DNA of 64,000 bases from NCBI GenBank assembly GCA_965209035.1, contig OZ242372.1, positions 1,440,001 to 1,504,000 on the forward strand, read 5' to 3'. Below are positions 38,721 through 49,327 of the stretch, piece by piece (position 1 is the stretch's first letter; each line of letters starts with the position of its first letter). This stretch comes from Gammaproteobacteria bacterium. GTDB taxonomy: Bacteria > Pseudomonadota > Gammaproteobacteria > CBDBNL01 > JAAOII01. The translations under genes were made by a program, and so were the position numbers. A model generated the notes under the pieces. The model saw only the letters and a list, made by a program, of their open reading frames with translations. It was not told the DNA's origin and did not search any database.

Positions 38721-40214
38721 ATGCGTGCCATTTGGCAAGGTTTTTCCATTTACGCGGATCGGCGGATGCCGCGTATCTTTTTGCTGGGCCTGATGCAAGG
38801 GTTCCCTTGGATTCTCATAGGGGCTGCCTTGAGTCTTTGGTTGCGCGAAGAAGGACTTTCCCGTTCCGATATCGGCTTGTTCGGCCTCGTGTTTTCCGTA
38901 TACAGTATCAATTTTCTTTGGGCGCCGCTGCTGGACAGAATCCGGTTGCCGTTTCTGAGCCGACGCTTCGGGCAGAGACGATCCTGGATACTGTTGATGC
39001 AAGTCATTATTATTGCCGCCATGGCCGGTCTGTTTGTTGCCGACCCGCAGCAGAGTCTGTATTGGATTGCGTTGATGGCTCTGACAATCTCCGTTTCTTC
39101 GGCAACACAGGATATCGCGCTGGATGCCTTGCGTATAGATCTGATACGCGAACAAGAGGCGGATCGGATGACGGCCGCCGCCGCCTTGATGGTTGCCGGC
39201 TGGTGGACGGCGTTTAAGTTGGGCGGAGGACTGGCTCTTTATCTTGCCGCGTTTTATCAGCAAGCGGGCATTGCGAACTACTGGCAACTTGCGTATGTTT
39301 CGTTGATTTTACCGCTATTGGTTTTCAACGGCATCCTTCTGTGGGGGAAAGGCGATACGGCCGCCGATCACAAGAGGCGTCTGGATCAGGCATCCTATGA
39401 CAGTTCGCATGCAAGGTTACTGGAAAATGCGGGAATCGGTTGGAAGTTTCTGCAAAGAATTCTTGCTTGGCTGCTGGGCACTCTGGTCTCTCCGCTTTGG
39501 AGTTTCTTTCGCCGTAACGGTGTTGGCATCGCCTTTGCGTTGCTTGCTTTTATTATGCTTTTTAAGGTTGGCGAGGCATTTCTCGGACGAATGTCTATTA
39601 TTTTTTATGCGGACATTGGCTTTAGTAAGGAAGAGATTGCCAAGTACAGCAAAATTATTGGCTGGGTGGCGACCATTGTATTTTCCCTTCTTGGCGGTGT
39701 CATCAATGCCCGTCTCGGCTTGATTACCGCCGTATTTGTCAGCGGATTTGCGATGGCGGCCACCAATTTGTTGTTTTCGCTAATGGCGCTTGTGGGACCG
39801 GAAGCCTGGCTGTTTGTCATTGCGGTGATTGCCGATGACTTTACTTCCGCAGTTTCCACTGTGACCTTTGTTGCGTTTATTTCGCAGTTGTGCGACAAAA
39901 CTTTTTCCGCCACCCAATACGCGCTCATGGCATCACTGGGCACCTTTGCGCGCAATACTTTGGCATCTTTTAGCGGGTTTATGACGGACGGGTTGGAACG
40001 CTGGACTGTGGCGGGGGATTTGACTATTTTCGGCGCGAGTCCGGCAAATACCGCATGGGCAATATTTTTTGTGATTACGACTTTAATGGTGTTGCCGGGT
40101 TTGGGATTGCTGTGGCTGATATCCGCTCGTCTTAAAGGAGTTTTTGAAAGGGCGATGTTCTCCAACCAAAAAGATTTTACCAAGGAGGATATTTCCAAGG
40201 AGGATATTTCCTAA
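38721..40214 (+). CDS. ampG: AmpG-family muropeptide MFS permease
   Basis: FLWAPLLD, G.RRSW, SATQDIALDA.R, ATQYAL. Confidence 0.88.
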   Translation: MRAIWQGFSIYADRRMPRIFLLGLMQGFPWILIGAALSLWLREEGLSRSDIGLFGLVFSVYSINFLWAPLLDRIRLPFLSRRFGQRRSWILLMQVIIIAAMAGLFVADPQQSLYWIALMALTISVSSATQDIALDALRIDLIREQEADRMTAAAALMVAGWWTAFKLGGGLALYLAAFYQQAGIANYWQLAYVSLILPLLVFNGILLWGKGDTAADHKRRLDQASYDSSHARLLENAGIGWKFLQRILAWLLGTLVSPLWSFFRRNGVGIAFALLAFIMLFKVGEAFLGRMSIIFYADIGFSKEEIAKYSKIIGWVATIVFSLLGGVINARLGLITAVFVSGFAMAATNLLFSLMALVGPEAWLFVIAVIADDFTSAVSTVTFVAFISQLCDKTFSATQYALMASLGTFARNTLASFSGFMTDGLERWTVAGDLTIFGASPANTAWAIFFVITTLMVLPGLGLLWLISARLKGVFERAMFSNQKDFTKEDISKEDIS

Positions 40215-40255
40215 AAACAACAATCGCGTGGCACGGCGGCGAGTGACGGCAAGGT

Positions 40256-41212
40256 TTGGGAATGCATAAGCATAGGCATAGGTTGTTTGAACCGACGGAA
40301 ACCGTCGGCGGAAACATTGCCGCTCGCTCGCCCGCCAAGTTAAATCTTTTTCTGCACATCCTCGGTAAGCGGGCGGATAATTATCATAATCTGCAGACTT
40401 TTTTTTTGTTCGCGGATTGGTATGATTATTTGTCGCTGCGGGAGGCCGAAGGCGACACGGACGAAATACGGGCAAGCGGGGTGTTTGCGGGTGATCTTCC
40501 CGCCGCCAATTCTCCCAATCATTTGTTGCGGCGTGTGTTTGCATTGGTGCGTCGCGAATCGGGTAGGCAATTTCCGCCTCTTCGCGCGGCGGTGCAAAAA
40601 AACATACCGGTTGCGGCCGGATTGGGCGGCGGCAGCGGCAATGCCGCATGCCTGTTATTTTTACTGAATCTGTTTTTGCGGCTTGGTATGACCGGGGATG
40701 ATCTGCTGCGATTGGCGGCCAAATTGGGCTCCGATGTGCCGGCGTTTGTCGGCGGTGAGCATGCGCTTGCAGAAGGGCGCGGTGAAATTCTGATGCCCGC
40801 GGATACGGCGAAAGATCCTATCGGAGAGCTGCACTATCTTTTGATTTGCCCGCGTCTTGAATGCTCCACCGCGAGACTCTTTTCACAGGTTACATCGGAT
40901 GACTATGTTGAACGCATCGAACTGTATGCGGAAAACATCCGTCCGCATTTTTGGCTGGGGGCTTCTTACCAAAATTCTTTTCTGCGTATTCTTTTGCGGT
41001 CTTCGGCGGAGTTTCGTCTGGTGCACTCGCTGGTTTGTGCGGGTACTCCCGGTAAGCTCGGCGGGCGAGTTTTTTTGAGCGGCAGCGGCAGCTCTCTTTT
41101 TGTTGTGTACAAGGATACACTTAAACTCAAAGCGGACGAGGTTCTTCTAAGGAATCATCTTACAAAATCATCTCCCTTAAAGTGCGTCATTAAATCTTGC
41201 CGCCCGATTTAG
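40256..41212 (+). CDS. ispE: 4-diphosphocytidyl-2-C-methyl-D-erythritol kinase
   Basis: PAKLNLFLHI, KNIPVAAGLGGGSGNAA, LGSDVP, LSGSGS. Confidence 0.92.
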   Translation: MGMHKHRHRLFEPTETVGGNIAARSPAKLNLFLHILGKRADNYHNLQTFFLFADWYDYLSLREAEGDTDEIRASGVFAGDLPAANSPNHLLRRVFALVRRESGRQFPPLRAAVQKNIPVAAGLGGGSGNAACLLFLLNLFLRLGMTGDDLLRLAAKLGSDVPAFVGGEHALAEGRGEILMPADTAKDPIGELHYLLICPRLECSTARLFSQVTSDDYVERIELYAENIRPHFWLGASYQNSFLRILLRSSAEFRLVHSLVCAGTPGKLGGRVFLSGSGSSLFVVYKDTLKLKADEVLLRNHLTKSSPLKCVIKSCRPI

Positions 41213-41359
41213 AACCGAAACGAATTGATTATTCTTGGCAGAAGATTGCCCCGAATTTTTGGCAATGAACGGATAACATTCCGGCGGATCCGCGCACACC
41301 GGCAGCGTCTTGTTTTATAATATTTTTGTCTCTGCTTGTATAAATGGGCGGGCAACCAT

Positions 41360-41431
41360 TGGGGTGTAGCCAAGCGGTAAGGCATCGGGTTTTGATCCCG
41401 TGATTCGTAGGTTCGAATCCTACCACCCCAG
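41360..41431 (+). tRNA. tRNA-Gln(UUG); CCA not encoded
   Basis: tggggtg tagccaagcggtaaggc atcgggt TTG atcccg ... ggttcgaatcc ... caccccag; downstream of ispE. Confidence 0.95.
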
Positions 41432-41534
41432 TCTTTGTTATGTTTGCCGTCTTATCGGCTCGACTTTCGAGTACGAAAAATTTTGTTTGTTTGGACGCCG
41501 CTTTGGGTACAACCGGTCTGGTTATAATAGATTT

Positions 41535-43112
41535 ATGAAAGGCAATATTCCGGAGGGCATGTTAGGAAAACTTTCCGCTACCATATTGGGTAAACAATAT
41601 GTTTTTGCCCGCGCCAACTACAACCTGTCCGCGGAGGTTTTAACGCGGCGGATGTTACAACGCAACGAGGCTGTTCTTAATAACACGGGTGTTCCGGTTT
41701 GCCGTACCGGCAAGTTCACCGGCAGGGCGCCGAAGGACCGATTCATCGTTGACGATGCCTTAACGCACGCAAGCGTGGACTGGGGTAACATTAATTTTGC
41801 CTATCCTGCCGATTCGTTTAATCCTTTGGCGGACAGGTTGGCAAACACATTGACGGGGAAGGAAGTTTTTGTGCGCGATGTGTATGCCTGTGCGCAGCCG
41901 AGTTACAGGCTGCGCGTGCGTCTTATTTCCTCGGTTGCCTATCACAGTTTGTTTGTTCGCAATATGTTTATTCCGGTCCCGCAAGAGGAACTTAAAGAAT
42001 TTGCACCGGATTGGACAATTCTTGCGGATCCGCATTTTAAGGCACATCCCGAAATGGAAAAAACCAACTCGGAAAATTTCGTCGTTCTGAATATGGATAA
42101 AAAAGTGGTCTGTGTCGGCGGCACAGGTTACACGGGCGAATTAAAAAAGAGCATCTTTTCGGTTTTGAATTACCTGTTGCCGGTTAACCACAACATATTG
42201 ACAATGCATTGCAGTGCGAATATAACGCAAGGAGGCCCCACTGCGTTGTTTTTTGGCTTATCCGGGACGGGCAAGACCACACTTTCTTCGGATCCGGGGC
42301 GTCCTCTCATTGGAGACGACGAACATGGCTGGGACGATGAGGGTGTGTTTAACTTGGAAGGAGGCTGCTATGCCAAGGTGATTAATCTTTCCAAGAAAAA
42401 AGAGCCGTTGATTTGGGATGCCATTAAGCCTTACGCTTTGTTGGAAAACACCGTCCAGAATCCGAAGACCGGAGAAACGGATTATGCGGACAGAAGCATT
42501 ACCGAAAATACGCGGGTTTCTTATCCGCTGTCGCACATAAGCGGCGCTTTTGAGGGGGGACGGGCGCCGCATCCGAGTGATGTCTTCTTTTTGAGTTGTG
42601 ATGCGTTTGGTATCTTGCCGCCTTTGGCGCTGCTAAATCCCGCACAGGCCGCGTTTTATTTTTTGTGCGGCTATACGGCAAAAATTGCCGGCACCGAGCA
42701 AGGGATCACGGAACCGGTAATCGCTTTTTCGCCCTGTTTTGGCGCACCCTTTCTGCCTTTACCGCATCGGGTTTATGCGGAAATGTTCAAAAAGAAGATC
42801 GCCCGGCACAAAGCACGGGTTTGGCTGGTCAATACGGGCTGGATTCGCGGTCCTTACGGTCAGGGGGAGAGGATTTCACTCGCGTGGACGCGTGCCCTGT
42901 TGCATGCCGCGTTGGAAGGTCGGTTATCCGCGGAAAATATGAAAAGGCATTCTATATTGGATATTGCCGTTCCCGTATCCTGTCCGGGAGTTCCCGATGA
43001 GATTTTGAGCCCGAACGGAAGTTGGGAGGACGCGGCTGCTTATGCTGTCAAGGCGCGCGAACTAAAACAAAGATTTGTCCAACAAATCAACGGCAAACCG
43101 ACTCTGACCTGA
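41535..43112 (+). CDS. pckA: phosphoenolpyruvate carboxykinase (ATP)
   Basis: TGRAPKDRF, MHCSAN, GLSGTGKTTLS, LIGDDEHGW, EGGCYAK; start moved to ATG 41535 because the track ORF overlaps the tRNA. Confidence 0.95.
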   Translation: MKGNIPEGMLGKLSATILGKQYVFARANYNLSAEVLTRRMLQRNEAVLNNTGVPVCRTGKFTGRAPKDRFIVDDALTHASVDWGNINFAYPADSFNPLADRLANTLTGKEVFVRDVYACAQPSYRLRVRLISSVAYHSLFVRNMFIPVPQEELKEFAPDWTILADPHFKAHPEMEKTNSENFVVLNMDKKVVCVGGTGYTGELKKSIFSVLNYLLPVNHNILTMHCSANITQGGPTALFFGLSGTGKTTLSSDPGRPLIGDDEHGWDDEGVFNLEGGCYAKVINLSKKKEPLIWDAIKPYALLENTVQNPKTGETDYADRSITENTRVSYPLSHISGAFEGGRAPHPSDVFFLSCDAFGILPPLALLNPAQAAFYFLCGYTAKIAGTEQGITEPVIAFSPCFGAPFLPLPHRVYAEMFKKKIARHKARVWLVNTGWIRGPYGQGERISLAWTRALLHAALEGRLSAENMKRHSILDIAVPVSCPGVPDEILSPNGSWEDAAAYAVKARELKQRFVQQINGKPTLT

Positions 43113-43313
43113 AAAAAGAGGTTTTATTGTGCCGGTCGGCAACAAAAACTAAGAGGCTTATTTGCCCCGCCCCGTCCCGCCGTTTATATCGGCATTCTTT
43201 AAAAAGTTTTAAATTCTTTTCGCTTTTTACTTTGTGCTTTTTGCTTTGTGCTGTGTATAAGCATCTTGTTGGCCGCCGGCCTAAGCGGGTCCCGGTGTAT
43301 CACCCGGCAATCA

Positions 43314-43907
43314 TTAATTGCTATAGCCCAGCGTAAATTGGAACAGACGAATACGCGGCAAGAATCCTCCCGCAGTCTCGAAACCGAACCATTCTATTCC
43401 AAGATACAATCCCCCCTTATTCTGCCATTCGTTGGCAAGCCCGATAGTGTAGGATACATAGGAGTCTGCCGTGAACTCGTCAAGGGCTTCGTCCAAGTTC
43501 TGACGAGAAGTTTCGCCGAGATTCTCTTCACTAAATAGCTCATCCGAGAGCAGGGCATCGCGATTGAGCTCATTCCACTTGATTTTTAGCGGAATGTTAA
43601 AGGTGTTTCCCGGAAACAGTCGCACTTCCGCGAAACTGGCGGTAAAAAAATCAGAAGCAGACATACCGCCTCCTATCTTAATACCTCCCTTCGGTGCGAC
43701 ATAGCCGGCACTGGCCGAATAGCTCGTTAGCGGCAAAATCACCAAAAATTCCGCGGGCGTATAAGAGAGGTCAATATACCAATTGCTGTCAGCACGATTG
43801 TCCCGGCTGCGAGCGGAAGCCGTTTCCGCCGCACCAAGGAAGGAGACGCAGATGACAAGAGTTGCCGCCAAACAGGTAAGATTTTTTAAGGTTTTGTTTT
43901 TAGTCAT
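43314..43907 (-). CDS. hypothetical exported protein, possibly a small outer-membrane beta-barrel
   Basis: Signal peptide (AETASA), alternating aromatic strands, C-terminal FQFTLGY. Confidence 0.5.
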   Translation of the reverse strand: MTKNKTLKNLTCLAATLVICVSFLGAAETASARSRDNRADSNWYIDLSYTPAEFLVILPLTSYSASAGYVAPKGGIKIGGGMSASDFFTASFAEVRLFPGNTFNIPLKIKWNELNRDALLSDELFSEENLGETSRQNLDEALDEFTADSYVSYTIGLANEWQNKGGLYLGIEWFGFETAGGFLPRIRLFQFTLGYSN

Positions 43908-43948
43908 AGTTATATTCTACACTAGGACTAGACTAATTGAGAGGTGTA

Positions 43949-44675
43949 TGTATGATCCCACCCATTTCCGGACTTTTGTTGTTTTTGCAAAAACCGGATT
44001 CGGCGAGAGTTATTTGAGAGCATAATGGGGACGTTCTAGATGATACCAAGCCAACCACTCGATGAGTTTGGCGTTAAACGCCGGCATATCCTTTAAACAG
44101 GAGATGCCACATATGACAACCGAACTCTTCCCCCGAGGTATTTTTAAGGAGTGCGATTGAATCGTTCACAGAGTGCATTCATTTGCGGTTTCCCAAAAAA
44201 CAAAATAGTATGGGCATACCAGTGTCTGCTGCCGGTTGCTGTCACAACCCGGTGGAAGTCTTTGGCGAACTCACTGCCATTATCGGTGAGGGCTTTTTCG
44301 ATCCGAGTGCCGAGTATATTTTGCATGGCGGTAAAGAGCCGGGCGGAACGGGCCGAAGCAGCGGAAGGTTCGACACAGACCAGTGCGATGCGGGAAAACA
44401 GGTCAATGCCGACGTGCCAATGCAGCCGCTCTCGCACACCACACCATCTCGCCTGCGGATACACCTAAGACAGTTTTATCAACAACAAGCCGCCGCTGCC
44501 GGCGTCGGCAAGAGCAAAACAACTATGCGTCTTTCTTGCCCGTTTCATTCATTTTAGCTCCACATCTATTTGCGACCCGTCCGCCAGAACCTCTAACCGC
44601 CGGGAACCGCCGGCTCTTTAATTTGAGGACGCACAATGCCGAACTCTGAGTCCGGAATTTATGAGACTATGCACA
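43949..44675 (-). mobile_element. degenerate IS481-family insertion sequence
   Basis: TGT...ACA termini; integrase-core fragment IDLFSR...LTDNGSEF...PQMNALCERFNRT, with a separate-frame tail WYHLERPHYAL. Confidence 0.85.
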
Positions 44676-44822
44676 AAACCGGCGAGATGTGATAATATAT
44701 AGAGTAATGCAAAAAATGGTGTGTCAGCAAAGCAACTGCCGGTTTTTCAACCGACCGCCACTTTCTCATATTATTTTCTGTTCTTTATTATTATCTTAAC
44801 CATTATTCATAAACTTGTAATC

Positions 44823-45800
44823 ATGAAAAAAATAACATACTTTTTAATAACCTTCTTAATGCTTACCTTTGTAAGTTTTTCGGCTCAGGCGGCCACCAGA
44901 TTGGTGATTGCCGGCTCCGAAGCCACCGGCTCCCTTCTTGACGAAATGTCGGTAAAACTTAAAGAATACATAGAAGAAGAATCAAAAGGAGCCATCAAAG
45001 TGGAACTGGTGCGCGGCCAAGTTCTGGGAAATGCCAATCAGGTCCTGGAACAACACAGCGGTGGCAGTGTGGATGTGATGTTTTCCCGTCCCGACCATTT
45101 TTCCGCCCATGTCAGCGACTTTAATGTTCTCAGTTGGGGGTTCACCTTTCGCGACCGAGAACATATGCAAAAGTTTTTGGACGGACCCATTTTCGCCGAA
45201 ATGGCGGAAAAGTTACGCCAAAAAATCGGTGTGCGCGTGTTGGCTGCCGCGGTGGATCAACCGCGCATTATGTACACCCGCAAGCCGGTAAGAAGCATCG
45301 ATGATGTACGCGGGATTAAAATGCGCGTGCCTCAAATTAAGTCCTACTTGCGACTCTGGGAAGTGCTCGGCACCAAGCCGACGCAACTTGCCTGGGCGGA
45401 AGTGTTTCTTGGGCTGAAAACCGGCGTGGTGGATGCTACGGAAGCCGATGCCAGCGGTGCCTACTCGCAAAAATTCCATAAGGCGGTCCCTTATGTGATT
45501 CGGACGAATCATTTGCTTTCCAGTGCCGAAATCTCCGTCAATGATAAGAAATATCGTTCTATGAAACGCGCCGAGAAGCGTGCGTTGGAAAGAGCGGCCA
45601 AACGGGCTGTCTCCTGGATGAGCGGGGAAGCCCTGAAAGCATCCGAAGAAACGCTCGGCAAGATGAAAGACGAAGGAGCGAAGATTCTGGAGATAGACAA
45701 CAGACCCTTTTCCGAAAAGGCAATTGCGGGTGTTCGGTTGATGGAATCCGAAGGCCTCTGGCAAGAAGGCCTGTGGGAGCGTATCCGGTCTATCAAGTAG
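44823..45800 (+). CDS. dctP: TRAP transporter substrate-binding protein (DctP family)
   Basis: Signal peptide (SAQA), GIKMRV, LGTKPT.LAWAEVFLGLKTGVVDA.E; start set to MKKITY. Confidence 0.9.
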   Translation: MKKITYFLITFLMLTFVSFSAQAATRLVIAGSEATGSLLDEMSVKLKEYIEEESKGAIKVELVRGQVLGNANQVLEQHSGGSVDVMFSRPDHFSAHVSDFNVLSWGFTFRDREHMQKFLDGPIFAEMAEKLRQKIGVRVLAAAVDQPRIMYTRKPVRSIDDVRGIKMRVPQIKSYLRLWEVLGTKPTQLAWAEVFLGLKTGVVDATEADASGAYSQKFHKAVPYVIRTNHLLSSAEISVNDKKYRSMKRAEKRALERAAKRAVSWMSGEALKASEETLGKMKDEGAKILEIDNRPFSEKAIAGVRLMESEGLWQEGLWERIRSIK

Positions 45801-45832
45801 TTCGCTAAAACAAGCCGCCGGCAAGGACCCGG

Positions 45833-46390
45833 ATGCAAAAATTTTTGCGTCTTTACCGCACTTTACTGATCTTGATCGGTCGGGCGGAGTTGGTTCTTGC
45901 CGGTAGTTTGTTATTGTTGATGGTCTTTACCATCGTATTACAGGTTGTGCTCCGATCCGGTTTTGGCAACCCATTATCCTGGATGGAAGAGGCCATGACC
46001 TATGCGTTTGTCTGGCTCACCTTTCTCGGTGCAAGTATTGGTATGAAGAAAATGCGTCATATCAAGCTTGTTGCCATTCCTTCGCTTCTTCCCGGTACGG
46101 GGCGACTAATCTGCCGCATTCTCATTTGGCTACTTTCACTCTGGCTGCTGGTTGTTTTGCTTCGCCACCTTGTACCTATCATGGCCATTGAGGGCAGTGC
46201 CGTCACAGTGGCTCTGCCGATTGATTTGCCGCGCTCCGCCTTTTTCTCGGGGGCTCTTTTCGTTTCTTGCATCATGATGCTCCTGTGTGTTTTTTATTAC
46301 TTTCTTGCCGATATTTGCCGTTTGATCGGTTTGGGCGATTTGAGTATGGAACACGAATCGGTTCTGCGCCGCGAAGAAGAACCGTTTTGA
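45833..46390 (+). CDS. dctQ: TRAP transporter small permease
   Basis: QVVLR, W.EE...Y.FVWLTFLGA...HI. Confidence 0.88.
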   Translation: MQKFLRLYRTLLILIGRAELVLAGSLLLLMVFTIVLQVVLRSGFGNPLSWMEEAMTYAFVWLTFLGASIGMKKMRHIKLVAIPSLLPGTGRLICRILIWLLSLWLLVVLLRHLVPIMAIEGSAVTVALPIDLPRSAFFSGALFVSCIMMLLCVFYYFLADICRLIGLGDLSMEHESVLRREEEPF

Positions 46391-46525
46391 GCAGCCGACC
46401 AAAAAGCAAGCGCTATTTTTTTCGTTTGGTTTATTGATTGCATGGCGGTCCGGTATGCGTAAGCAGCCGCGCACTCTCATTTTTTCGCAGTTCTAATTCC
46501 CATAACTCCCATAATTCCATAACTT

Positions 46526-47815
46526 ATGTCCGTAGGCATTCTGCTCCTCCTGCTTGCCGTGTTGGTACTATTGGAGATGCCGTTGGCATTTGCCTTGCCG
46601 GCATCGGCATTAATCTATCTCGCTCTGGATAACAGCATCCCCGGGATGCTGGTGGTGCAGCGTGTTGCCTCCGGCTTGGAAAGCTATGTTCTGCTTGCCA
46701 TTCCGCTATTCGTATTTGCCGGCAACCTGTTCAACCGGGTCGGCATAGCCGAGCGCATTTTTGATTTTGCCAACCGCTTGATGGGGCATATCAAGGGCGG
46801 TCTTGCCCATGTCAATATCTTCGCCAGCGTCATCTTTTCCGGCATGTCCGGCGTTGCCCAAGCGGATGCGGCCGGTCTCGGCTCGGTGGAAGTACGGGCA
46901 ATGAAAAAAGCCGGTTATACGCCCGCATTTAGCGGCGCCATCACCGCCGCCTCCGCCGTCATAGGTCCCATCATTCCGCCAAGCGGGATCATGATCATTT
47001 ATGCCGTGCTGGCAAATGTATCCGTGCCGGAACTCTTTCTTGCCGGCTTTATCCCCGGGATTCTGATGGCGGCCGTCTTGATGCTCACCGTGTATCTTCT
47101 CGCGCATTTTCATCTCATTCGCGCGCCCCGGCGTGCCAAAGCACCCTTTGGCGAACTTGCCCGCAGTTTTCTACGCGCCTTCCCTTCTCTGATGGCGCCC
47201 GCCCTCCTCATCGGCGGCATCCTCATCGGCTTTGCCACCCCGACCGAACTCGGCGCACTCACAGTGTTTTACGCTCTGATTCTTGGCTTCTTTTATCGCA
47301 AAATCAATTGGCCGAACTTGCGCGGTGCGCTCATTGACACGGTAACCACCTGCGGTGTTCTCGTGTTCATCATCGCCGCCGCCACGCCCTTGAGTGCCGT
47401 CCTGGCCATCAAGGGCGTCCCTCATCAGTTGGCGGAATTCTTGCTGTCGTTCACCGACAATAAGTTCGCCGTTCTGGCGATCATCAATGTTGCGTTGCTG
47501 GTATTCGGCTGTTTCATGGACACGACTGCCATCTTACTCATTGTGGTGCCGGTGCTTGCCCCGCTGATTGTTCAATTCGGCATAGACCCGGTGCATTTTG
47601 GTTTGATCATTATCATCAATCTCTTGCTGGGGACTCTGACCCCGCCGTTTGGCATTCTTTTATTTGTGACCATGGAAATTGCCAAGGTGCGGATGAAGCC
47701 ATTGGTGTTGGCGGTGGCTCCGTTTTACTTGCCGCTATTGCTGTTTTTAATTCTGATTACCTACATCCCGCAGTTATCTCTTTGGTTGCCCCACTTGTTC
47801 TTTGCTCCGCCTTAA
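46526..47815 (+). CDS. dctM: TRAP transporter large permease
   Basis: LLAIPLF, FSGMSG...ADAA, GPIIPPS, IDPVHFG, LTPPFG. Confidence 0.93.
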   Translation: MSVGILLLLLAVLVLLEMPLAFALPASALIYLALDNSIPGMLVVQRVASGLESYVLLAIPLFVFAGNLFNRVGIAERIFDFANRLMGHIKGGLAHVNIFASVIFSGMSGVAQADAAGLGSVEVRAMKKAGYTPAFSGAITAASAVIGPIIPPSGIMIIYAVLANVSVPELFLAGFIPGILMAAVLMLTVYLLAHFHLIRAPRRAKAPFGELARSFLRAFPSLMAPALLIGGILIGFATPTELGALTVFYALILGFFYRKINWPNLRGALIDTVTTCGVLVFIIAAATPLSAVLAIKGVPHQLAEFLLSFTDNKFAVLAIINVALLVFGCFMDTTAILLIVVPVLAPLIVQFGIDPVHFGLIIIINLLLGTLTPPFGILLFVTMEIAKVRMKPLVLAVAPFYLPLLLFLILITYIPQLSLWLPHLFFAPP

Positions 47816-47892
47816 GATCTTCTTAATCTCTTATTAGTTCACGCATCACATGTCCCCGATTTTTTATTTTTTATTAATACGATAATATTATT

Positions 47893-49326
47893 ATGTACGA
47901 TACACATCTCAACATCAGCGGCGTCTTGCCGCATCTGTCCGTCGGCTGCTCTGCCGCCGACAGGCCTCGCAGCGAAAGCGGCATAGGTGCTCTCTTGCCC
48001 TGGGCCGACCGTCTGTGGTTTGTTACCTATGTTTCTCACACCGGCAAGGGCACCGGTCTGTTCAGTGTGGACAAAAATCTGTTTATCAAGAAGCATGCAA
48101 AAAGTTGTGCCGGCACCTATGCCAACCGGATGATCCATCCGCAGTCGGACAGCATTCTCATAGGGCCGCATATCATTGACGCCCGGGGCGATGTAACGAC
48201 CATCCCCGAACTTGCCAAACATCGGCTGGCTGCGGTCGCCGAGCATTTAACGGATCCGGACAATAAGGTTTACTACCTGACCATGGAAGGATTGTTTCTT
48301 GAAATGGATCTGCACAGCTTGAAACTAAAACAACTCTTTGACCTGGCGAAAGAACTTGCCGTTACGGATGTCGGGCAAATTGACTACGAAGAGAATCCCG
48401 CCTTGGTCCCTCAGGGACGCGGAATGGAAACGACACCACAGCCGCACTTTAAGGCGGCGCATACGGGCGCGGGAAGAGTTGTGGTTGCCAATAATACCTT
48501 CGGGCAGATGGACTTTATCGGCCATCATCGCGGCGGCAGACTTGCCGAATGGGACGGCAATCAATGGACTATTCTGGAAGATCGCCCGTTCAGCGAGGTG
48601 GCAGGCAGACGGAACTGGGAAGAACTCATTTTCGCCACGGGCTGGGACAGGGCATCCGCCATACTGAAGGTTCTGGTGAACGAGCAATGGCAGACATACC
48701 GAATGCCCAAAGGGAGCCACAACTTTGAACATTTCTGGCAAACGGAATGGCCGCGTATTCGCGAGGTGGAAAGCGAGCGTTACATTATGGATGCCAGCGG
48801 GATCTTTTACGAACTCTCGCCGGTTTCTTTTGCCGGCAAGATCTGGGGCATCAAACCCATTGCCTGTCATATGCGCATTACCCCCGATTTCTGCGCTTAC
48901 AAGGGGATGCTCGTTCTTGCCGGCAATCAAACAACTCCCATTTTTGACACAAATCTCGTCACCGGTTACCCCGAAGCCAATCTTTGGCTTGGCAAAACGG
49001 ATGACCTTTGGCGTTGGGGCAAGCCCTGCGGTTGGGGAGGTCCCTGGTGGAAACAGCGCGTGCGGGCGGATACCCCGTCGGACCCTTATCTGATGACCGG
49101 TTTTGACAAAAAAGTGCTGCATCTTAGCCACGATGCAAAAACCGCCGTCGACTTCAAACTGGAAGCGGACTTCCTGGGCGACGGCAGTTGGCACACTTAC
49201 GATGCTTTTTCCGTCCCGCCCGGCAAGTACATATTCCATACCTTCCCGGACGGATACAGTGCGCACTGGGTCAGACTGACGCCTTCGCGGGGTTGCATCG
49301 CGACCGCCTACTTTACCTACACTTAG
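47893..49326 (+). CDS. conserved hypothetical Trp/His-rich all-beta protein, putative catabolic enzyme
   Basis: Long ORF in operon between dctM and an SDR; motifs ESGIGALLPWADRLWFVTY, TEWPRIRE, GWGGPW, SDPYLMTGFD; no signal peptide. Confidence 0.7.
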   Translation: MYDTHLNISGVLPHLSVGCSAADRPRSESGIGALLPWADRLWFVTYVSHTGKGTGLFSVDKNLFIKKHAKSCAGTYANRMIHPQSDSILIGPHIIDARGDVTTIPELAKHRLAAVAEHLTDPDNKVYYLTMEGLFLEMDLHSLKLKQLFDLAKELAVTDVGQIDYEENPALVPQGRGMETTPQPHFKAAHTGAGRVVVANNTFGQMDFIGHHRGGRLAEWDGNQWTILEDRPFSEVAGRRNWEELIFATGWDRASAILKVLVNEQWQTYRMPKGSHNFEHFWQTEWPRIREVESERYIMDASGIFYELSPVSFAGKIWGIKPIACHMRITPDFCAYKGMLVLAGNQTTPIFDTNLVTGYPEANLWLGKTDDLWRWGKPCGWGGPWWKQRVRADTPSDPYLMTGFDKKVLHLSHDAKTAVDFKLEADFLGDGSWHTYDAFSVPPGKYIFHTFPDGYSAHWVRLTPSRGCIATAYFTYT

Positions 49327-49327
49327 T

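Noticed and set aside
41229-41534. ORF 41229-41426 (-) and the 5' extension of the pckA ORF
   Set aside because: They overlap the tRNA-Gln gene
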